Positions 57,952-64,000 of a stretch of 64,000 nt of DNA are shown one piece after another (the first letter of the stretch is position 1; each line of letters opens with the position of its first letter). The position numbers were made by a program, and so were the translations under genes. The notes beneath the pieces are model-generated. The model had not been told where the DNA came from. It saw only the letters and a program-made list of their open reading frames with translations, and did not search any database. This DNA is from a virus. The DNA lies in IMG/VR virus record IMGVR_UViG_3300037277_000110, positions 1 through 64,000 of that record. The stretch is one strand, 5' to 3'.

Positions 57952-58689
57952 TTAGTTTAAAATTCCCAATATATCTGTCCTCTGTTGATATCTTAATGGC
58001 ACATCACTAAAAATACGATGCATGTCATTTTCAAGTAAATTATTCACCTGATTACGGAAAATAACTTTATCGTTAATCTGAATATCCATGTCATCATATT
58101 TCTTTTTATTTTTGTAAGATTTATTTTTATTTCCGACAAACCTAGTAATTCCAACCTGTTTGTCGATATGCTCAAATGGTAGGATTAATTTTGTTTTTGG
58201 AAGGTTGGATATTTCTTCAAAAAGACAGTAACCGTTTAAAGGAATAATTTCATCTCCTGAAAATCCTTTTTCATTTAAATCAAATGAATTCCAATCAATT
58301 CTTTTTGCCACAATCAAATTCTGATAATCCATTATTCTATATTCCTTATCTTCAACCTGAATGATAGGACAATGTAGTCCTGAATGGAAATCAAACCAAA
58401 CCATATCTCCATATTTTAGTTCCATGTCGGTTTCCCAATCCATCTTTTTACAGTTTAAACTTTCAGGAGTTTTCCTAACTATCCCATACCGGTCTAAATG
58501 AGCTGATTGATCTGTAGCTTCAATTCCATCCTTATCCTTACAAACAAAAAACTCAGGGTCCTTAACGATAATGAGTCCAGATGGTCTTACTTCTTCTTTA
58601 GGTATAACGCATTCAATTATAACATTATTACCTATAGGTTTTAATCGGTCAAATTCTTTTGCTGTTAGTTGTATGTAATCGTGTGGCAT
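57952..58689 (-). CDS. Tandem GroES-like co-chaperonin
   Basis: Two GroES-like units: LKPIGNNVII..SGLII..GDMV and IIPLNGYCL..VG..DKVIF. Confidence 0.75.
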   Translation of the reverse strand: MPHDYIQLTAKEFDRLKPIGNNVIIECVIPKEEVRPSGLIIVKDPEFFVCKDKDGIEATDQSAHLDRYGIVRKTPESLNCKKMDWETDMELKYGDMVWFDFHSGLHCPIIQVEDKEYRIMDYQNLIVAKRIDWNSFDLNEKGFSGDEIIPLNGYCLFEEISNLPKTKLILPFEHIDKQVGITRFVGNKNKSYKNKKKYDDMDIQINDKVIFRNQVNNLLENDMHRIFSDVPLRYQQRTDILGILN

Positions 58690-58693
58690 ATAA

Positions 58694-58927
58694 TTATTTT
58701 AGTTTTCTCATTACTCGGTTAATATCAGACACTTCTTCATCCCTACCATCCGTATAGCATATTAAGAAGGTTCTTTGGCCGTTTTCTATTTTCTCACTTA
58801 TTGCATTTACGGTCTTATCTTCACCTCCAAACTCATCTTGATAAGTCTCTCCAAGGGCTTTTACTTTACAAAAGTTACCTTGAGGTGTTACTTCTTTGTC
58901 GTATTCTATTATTTCTATAATTTTCAT
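58694..58927 (-). CDS. Hypothetical protein
   Basis: ORF track. Confidence 0.55.
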   Translation of the reverse strand: MKIIEIIEYDKEVTPQGNFCKVKALGETYQDEFGGEDKTVNAISEKIENGQRTFLICYTDGRDEEVSDINRVMRKLK

Positions 58928-58941
58928 TGAGTTTGATTTAT

Positions 58942-58978
58942 AAAAAAGGCCCGACGAGTATCACTACTTTGTCGGACC
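58942..58978 (-). terminator. Intrinsic terminator
   Basis: GGTCCGAC/GTCGGGCC stem plus T6 on minus strand. Confidence 0.75.
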
Positions 58979-59045
58979 GTAAACCTAAATGTGTTTCATG
59001 AGTAAAAACTTTTTAACCAAAAATCTTAAACAAAGGAAGTGTCTT
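58942..59045 (-). ncRNA. Candidate 3'-UTR-derived antisense sRNA
   Basis: Exact 13- and 14-nt complementarity to the start region of the ORF at 80. Confidence 0.45.
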
Positions 59046-59050
59046 ATTTT

Positions 59051-59356
59051 TTATCCTGCAACTTTTATCTTATGTTTTCTAACATGTTCTTTATACATTT
59101 GATCTCGTAGTAAGTCAAGTTGAATATTAAAGTCATTGATTATAACCTTTCTAACAGACTCTTTAGCTTGTTTAAATGTTTTTACAGCTTTAGTCCAACC
59201 CATTTGATATCCTTTTTCTAAACTATCTGAGTCATAACAATTAGGATTAGGTTTTGAGGTTGTAATAGTAGGTGTACTATCCTTTTCATTTGTCATGATA
59301 GGATATTGTCTAATTTTATAGTTTAGACCAGTAGGATTTGCTAGATACCTTTTCAT
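59051..59356 (-). CDS. Hypothetical protein
   Basis: ORF track. Confidence 0.5.
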   Translation of the reverse strand: MKRYLANPTGLNYKIRQYPIMTNEKDSTPTITTSKPNPNCYDSDSLEKGYQMGWTKAVKTFKQAKESVRKVIINDFNIQLDLLRDQMYKEHVRKHKIKVAG

Positions 59357-59381
59357 GTTTTTTTGCGAAATTTAATAAAAA

Positions 59382-59437
59382 ATGTTTAATAACATAACAA
59401 AATTTTATTAACTTTAATATTTAAAATATTATTTTTG
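59382..59437. promoter_or_regulatory. Divergent control region: operator ATGTT-TAAT-AACAT and + strand TATTTTTG
   Basis: Strand switch between late and replication modules. Confidence 0.6.
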
Positions 59438-59458
59438 ACCGATGATTAATTAATCAAT

Positions 59459-59695
59459 ATGGAAGAACAAGAAGAAATCGATTTACTCCCATTCTTATCT
59501 AAACTAAATAATCATCTCGGAAGAATAATGTACAAAGTTGACCACAAAATAGAACTTTCGGTAGATGAAGACGAACTCATAAAAGAGCTTTATATATGTT
59601 ACAGAGAAAATAATTTACAAACCCTTAATAATTTCAATAATAATAAAACAAGAAATGGAAAAAGTAAAATTAAATTTGAACCAGGAGATTCTTAG
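59459..59695 (+). CDS. Hypothetical protein
   Basis: ORF track. Confidence 0.5.
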   Translation: MEEQEEIDLLPFLSKLNNHLGRIMYKVDHKIELSVDEDELIKELYICYRENNLQTLNNFNNNKTRNGKSKIKFEPGDS

Positions 59696-59951
59696 TATTA
59701 GTGGTAAACCGTTCCCTTATCCAGAAGGCAATCTTACTATCAAAATGGCTATCAAAATAGCTATTATAAATGCTGACATGGATAAAAAAGCTCCTGATGA
59801 AAAGTACAATGCGTATAAGACCGCCATGCGTATCGAAAAAGGAGAAACTGACTTTCTACCTGAAGAATGGTCTAGTTTTAAAAGAGCCGTAGGTCTTATT
59901 TTTGGACCTGAAATAGTCGGTTTTGTTTGGGACGCAATAGCTAAGGTATGA
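59655..59951 (+). CDS. Hypothetical protein
   Basis: ORF track. Confidence 0.6.
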   Translation: MEKVKLNLNQEILSISGKPFPYPEGNLTIKMAIKIAIINADMDKKAPDEKYNAYKTAMRIEKGETDFLPEEWSSFKRAVGLIFGPEIVGFVWDAIAKV

Positions 59952-60229
59952 GACGGGCTCATATAAGATTATTGACCAGAAGAACTAAAAAAGTCCTTAA
60001 TATTTCTTTTGAAATTATAACCGGATATCACCCAAGGGATGAAAAAGAAATCCGAAAAGAGAATATTAAATACATATTTTCTAACACACTACAACTTATG
60101 GAAGACGTAATAAGGGAATATGATTCTTGTACAAGTATTATTAGAGACCAAGAACAGGCTAAGTTAATTACACTTCAAAAACTATCAATGCCTAGTGAAC
60201 AAGAAAAGCTGTTGAAAAGGCAGATATGA
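59948..60229 (+). CDS. Hypothetical protein
   Basis: ORF track, ATGA overlap. Confidence 0.5.
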   Translation: MRRAHIRLLTRRTKKVLNISFEIITGYHPRDEKEIRKENIKYIFSNTLQLMEDVIREYDSCTSIIRDQEQAKLITLQKLSMPSEQEKLLKRQI

Positions 60230-60278
60230 TTTTGAGATTATACAATCAAGATATTCATAAACTAACAAACAGTTTAAT

Positions 60279-60506
60279 ATGAACACTAATCCACTAGAAG
60301 GAGTGTCCAAAGAGGACTTTGAATATATAAAAAATTACGACAAACGTCCAGAAAATATGTCCTTTGAACTATTTAAAAAGCTTCAACGGTTAATCAAAAA
60401 GTTAAATAGAAAACGTAAAGGTCAACTTGTTTTTAGTAGTGATTCGGACACTAAGTTTGGACCCGGGAAAACCTACAGAAAAAATGATATCACAAAAAAT
60501 ACGTAG
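60279..60506 (+). CDS. Hypothetical basic protein
   Basis: ORF track. Confidence 0.55.
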   Translation: MNTNPLEGVSKEDFEYIKNYDKRPENMSFELFKKLQRLIKKLNRKRKGQLVFSSDSDTKFGPGKTYRKNDITKNT

Positions 60507-60759
60507 ACAAATCTACAAAAAGTATGACGGTAAATGCGTATACTGTCATTGTGATGTCACTTTTGAGGAAGCTACTATTGATCACCGATTTCCAAAATCA
60601 AAAGGCGGTGGTGATTATAAGTACAACTACTTTTTAGCTTGTAAAACATGTAACCAGTATAAATCAAATGACATATTGGAACCACTGGCTAAAGATTATA
60701 TCAAAAACAGGAAACAACAATTACTTGATAAATATCCATACTTAAAATTTAAAACATGA
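60484..60759 (+). CDS. HNH endonuclease
   Basis: CVYC, TIDHRFPKSKGG, N..LAC..CN..K. Confidence 0.9.
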   Translation: MISQKIRRQIYKKYDGKCVYCHCDVTFEEATIDHRFPKSKGGGDYKYNYFLACKTCNQYKSNDILEPLAKDYIKNRKQQLLDKYPYLKFKT

Positions 60760-61031
60760 AAGTAATAATAACAAAAACTATATCAGAGAATGAAGAAATT
60801 GATTTAAAAATTCCTTCATTTTGGAAAGAAGGATCATTCTTCTACTCAAAAATTATCGATGGATTTAATCAGATTAGAGTCGATGATTATGGAGATGATT
60901 ATTTTTCTGAAAAATTATCTCAAATAGCATTTCACAGGATTAGTGTAATAAATTTTGATAATGCAATTGAAATATCCGAAGGGGAATATAAAGCTGCTTT
61001 CGAAAAAGTTAATAACAAACTAAAATCATAA
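60756..61031 (+). CDS. Hypothetical protein
   Basis: ORF track. Confidence 0.55.
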   Translation: MKVIITKTISENEEIDLKIPSFWKEGSFFYSKIIDGFNQIRVDDYGDDYFSEKLSQIAFHRISVINFDNAIEISEGEYKAAFEKVNNKLKS

Positions 61032-61034
61032 TTT

Positions 61035-61814
61035 ATGGAAAACAATGTAAAACAAGCATTATTAAAAGAGTTCAAAAAAGCTAATATTGAACGAAAAGAA
61101 AAATTAGCTAAAAAGTTCGGATATAATTCGGCTTGGGAATACCTTGCCTATTTAGAAGGCAATGACAAGTCTACTAAAACTAAACCCAAGGTTAAACCTG
61201 TAATCCATAATGTATTTATCATGGATGCATCATCAAGTATGCAAGGAGAGAAGTATAATAATGGGGTTAAAGGTATTGAAGAGTTATTAGAATCAATAAA
61301 TAAAGATACCTTTAGTATAAATACCGTCACACTTATCGAATTTAATACATGGTTACCATCATACACAAAACAACATTCTTGGCTAAGTGATATTAAGAGC
61401 TTTTCTCCAATGGGAGCCCATGGATGTACTCCATTATACAGAGTTCTTGGAAACATTATTGACCGACTTTTATTTGAGGACAAAATAAATAAACAAGATA
61501 AGGTTTTGTTAAACATTGTGACGGACGGGGACGACACTGAAGGTTGGGGAGAATATAGAAATCTTCCTGATACATTAAAACGGGTTCAAAAAGAAAACAA
61601 TTTCACTGTAACCTTTGTAGGTACAGAATATGATGTACAAAGATGTATTAACAATCTTAACATTGACAGGTCCAATACTCTTGTTCATGACAATACCGGA
61701 GAAGGAGTAAGATCAGCATACGCAACTACAGTAAGTTCAAGAACAGCTTACTCTAAATCTGCCTCACAAGGCGAAGATGTAACATTAGGATTTTACAAAA
61801 AATTAATCAACTAA
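61035..61814 (+). CDS. von Willebrand factor A domain protein
   Basis: MIDAS DASSSM, G.TPLY, IVTDG. Confidence 0.88.
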   Translation: MENNVKQALLKEFKKANIERKEKLAKKFGYNSAWEYLAYLEGNDKSTKTKPKVKPVIHNVFIMDASSSMQGEKYNNGVKGIEELLESINKDTFSINTVTLIEFNTWLPSYTKQHSWLSDIKSFSPMGAHGCTPLYRVLGNIIDRLLFEDKINKQDKVLLNIVTDGDDTEGWGEYRNLPDTLKRVQKENNFTVTFVGTEYDVQRCINNLNIDRSNTLVHDNTGEGVRSAYATTVSSRTAYSKSASQGEDVTLGFYKKLIN

Positions 61815-61824
61815 TACCAAAACA

Positions 61825-62358
61825 ATGAAAATAGAAAAAGGTCAAATTTTAAGTGAAGCTAACTTCTATACTGTAGAAGCACAAGATTCCAAAAAAGTTA
61901 TCCTAGTGGCTGATAATGGCCAAAAAATTGAAGTGTCCAGACAATATGCCGATCAAATGTTATCCTCAGCTCATGACTTCGCCAAGGAAGAAAAAATCAC
62001 CAAAACCGAATTGGCTAATATTTTTATTTCAAGTTCCCGTGTAGCTATGACTGTTTGCTTTTACAAACAAGTTAAAGAAACTGATGTTGTAAAAGAAATA
62101 AGCGATGCTGTTGCAAGTGCTAAGATAGCCGAGATTGAAAAAGCCATTAAGAAAGGTGTTAAAAAGGCTATTATCGGTGAAGAACGAGTAATGAAAGGAA
62201 GGCATTACGGATCAATGGACGAATTCGGCAGAATTAACTTTGTAGATATGGAAATACCAAAGGACACTACTAAATCTTACGATGTAAGAATGAGACTTGT
62301 TGATCCTCGAACTATTTCGTATCTTGTTGTGAATAACATTAAGTACAGTGTAAAATGA
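61825..62358 (+). CDS. Conserved hypothetical protein
   Basis: MTVCFYKQ, RLVDPRTI. Confidence 0.65.
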   Translation: MKIEKGQILSEANFYTVEAQDSKKVILVADNGQKIEVSRQYADQMLSSAHDFAKEEKITKTELANIFISSSRVAMTVCFYKQVKETDVVKEISDAVASAKIAEIEKAIKKGVKKAIIGEERVMKGRHYGSMDEFGRINFVDMEIPKDTTKSYDVRMRLVDPRTISYLVVNNIKYSVK

Positions 62359-62552
62359 GTTACATTGATGAAGATTTAATACCTGAGCCGGGGGTTTATT
62401 TTCCTCCGGCCAATACTATGGAACCAGAATTATGTGTCCTTTGTAAACGTTTTATTTATGAATACGATGAAAAGATGTTTCTCCAAACAGGAGATCCGGC
62501 ACATAAAGATTGTGTAAAACAAAATCATAAAAATAAATTATTAATCCACTAA
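62355..62552 (+). CDS. Small zinc-finger protein
   Basis: CVLC...HKDC. Confidence 0.5.
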   Translation: MSYIDEDLIPEPGVYFPPANTMEPELCVLCKRFIYEYDEKMFLQTGDPAHKDCVKQNHKNKLLIH

Positions 62553-62563
62553 AATTTAAAACT

Positions 62564-63238
62564 ATGGGATTCAATTCCGGCGGCGGCCAAAAAACGTACT
62601 TAAAAATATCTGACGGTAAAATATCTGTCAAGGTAAATGAAGGCACTGAAAATGCAGTAAAATGCACTAATAAAGATGGTTCAAAAACATGGTGGGAGCG
62701 TAGGTATCCATCCTTTACCGGTAAAATAACCGGCATCAGAAAACGAGTTACTGATTGGGGAGCCGATCTTTGTATTGACATTGATGATGTAGGAGAAGAA
62801 TATGAGCTACAGATGCCTTGGAGTTCCGGTTATTCATCTGGATTTTTTCTTGCTATGCCTAATATTAAGTTTGACAACGAAGTCACATTCAGTCCTTGGA
62901 TGAAAGTTGTTGATGATAAAAAGAAAACATCTCTTTTCATTCATAACTTTGGCGAAAAAGATAGTGTTAAATGGGCTTGGACCAAAGATGCTCCTGGCGA
63001 TTTGCCTCCAATGGTACAGCTAAAAGTAAAGGGTAAAGATGTTTGGGATGATACCGAACGTCAGGAATACTTTGAAAAGTATATTGCTGAAAAAATTAAT
63101 CCTAAATTAGGAGTTACTTCACCTGTGGCTAAATATGAAGTTGGCAACGGACCGGCTCCAATTAATTCATCAGAACCTACAGGAGAAAGTGACTTGCCGT
63201 GGGATACTCAACCACCTGACGAAAAAGCACCTTACTAA
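62564..63238 (+). CDS. Putative single-stranded DNA-binding protein
   Basis: Aromatic beta-rich core, flexible acidic tail with DLPW. Confidence 0.55.
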   Translation: MGFNSGGGQKTYLKISDGKISVKVNEGTENAVKCTNKDGSKTWWERRYPSFTGKITGIRKRVTDWGADLCIDIDDVGEEYELQMPWSSGYSSGFFLAMPNIKFDNEVTFSPWMKVVDDKKKTSLFIHNFGEKDSVKWAWTKDAPGDLPPMVQLKVKGKDVWDDTERQEYFEKYIAEKINPKLGVTSPVAKYEVGNGPAPINSSEPTGESDLPWDTQPPDEKAPY

Positions 63239-64000
63239 TGGAAAGTAACATTCAAGACATTGAAAAAATAGAGAATCTTCTCAAAATAGGTTCCTATAAC
63301 AAAATATACCGAATAAACTTCAATGGCCAGAGAATTTATGTGCAGGAGGAACCTTTTGCACATTATTCTGGCCTTACAGGAGCTTTATCAGCGGCTACAT
63401 TTAAAGGAGATCAGGATGCAAAAAGACTATCAAGCTGGCGTAATTCAATGATCGATAGTTTTGGGGAAGCTAATACTGAAAACTATGTATCCATGACGGC
63501 TGACTTTGGTACACTCCTTCACATGGCTATGGTTACTATAAAAGACAAAGGACTTATTAAATGGGATGAAGAACGAGACAAAGCTTATGACTACTTTGTT
63601 AATTGTTATAAAGTTAAGAGTCTTGATCCTGACCTAAAAACCATTAAAAAAATAGTCTATGAGTACCAAAAGCATGTAGCCTCATTACTTCAATGGGTTT
63701 ATGAACGGGTACAAGAGATATATGCGATTGAGGTCCCGGTTAAATGGGAAGCTCTGAAAATAGCAACGCCCATTGATATTTTTTGTTCCTGTAGACAAAC
63801 TGAAAAAGGTCCATTTGCAAATACCACAGTAAACATTAAAACCTCGTCCCAGATATCCAATCATCAACTTGAACAGATTTCCTGTGAGATGCACATGTGG
63901 AATCAAACTTATGGGGGAGAATTTTTGGATGACATTAAAAACACAGCCGAATTTACTGGTATTATTCGTACTAAAGATTGGAATGAAAGTAAATCACCGA
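63238..64000 (+). CDS. Putative PD-(D/E)xK exonuclease, truncated by window end
   Basis: ATG at 63238 (TAATG coupling); open to end; W...ADFGTLLH, E..V, P.D, NIKTS. Confidence 0.55.
   Translation, partial: MESNIQDIEKIENLLKIGSYNKIYRINFNGQRIYVQEEPFAHYSGLTGALSAATFKGDQDAKRLSSWRNSMIDSFGEANTENYVSMTADFGTLLHMAMVTIKDKGLIKWDEERDKAYDYFVNCYKVKSLDPDLKTIKKIVYEYQKHVASLLQWVYERVQEIYAIEVPVKWEALKIATPIDIFCSCRQTEKGPFANTTVNIKTSSQISNHQLEQISCEMHMWNQTYGGEFLDDIKNTAEFTGIIRTKDWNESKSP

Larger units (their letters stand above)
1..64000. mobile_element. Bacteroidota-infecting phage genome segment, crAss-like/phi14:2-like virion module
   Basis: TerL-portal-scaffold-MCP-ring proteins-muzzle-ejected proteins order; lysis cassette; TAnnTTTG promoters; no host housekeeping genes or integrase in the window. 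Confidence 0.9.

Noticed and set aside
63685-63906. 73-aa minus-strand ORF
   Set aside because: Shadow of the + strand nuclease-like ORF running off the window end
1-64000. Stop-codon reassignment as in some crAss-like phages
   Set aside because: Core genes are intact under the standard code, TAG and TGA both end genes, and no suppressor tRNA is present (the TAA/TAG/TGA anticodons are Leu/Leu/Ser)

Overview
AT-rich 64-kb segment of a dsDNA tailed phage of a Bacteroidota host (host-type TAnnTTTG promoters, no Shine-Dalgarno sites, standard genetic code), with a crAss/phi14:2-like podovirus gene order. Layout: small early/accessory genes on + (1-7 kb); a long minus-strand late block (lysis cassette, head spike, three ejected proteins, muzzle/ring/tail proteins, major capsid, scaffold, portal, terminase); a 7-tRNA array; a 9-kb glycosyl-/methyltransferase island; a GroES-like gene; then the start of a + strand replication/recombination module. 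Best finding: the tRNA array (Leu, Leu, Phe, Ser, Tyr, Cys, Ser) sits behind a promoter, an unannotated 26-codon leader ORF containing 15 consecutive Leu/Tyr/Cys/Ser/Phe codons, and mutually exclusive antiterminator/terminator hairpins. This looks like a ribosome-stalling attenuator that would express phage tRNAs only when the matching host tRNAs run short. Other non-coding signals: two terminator-proximal antisense RNA candidates matching translation start regions elsewhere in the genome, a palindromic operator at fixed spacing from late promoters, a kissing-loop structured RNA, and an integron-cassette-like (attC) methyltransferase insertion. Protein calls rest on motifs and synteny read by eye; no database searches were run.
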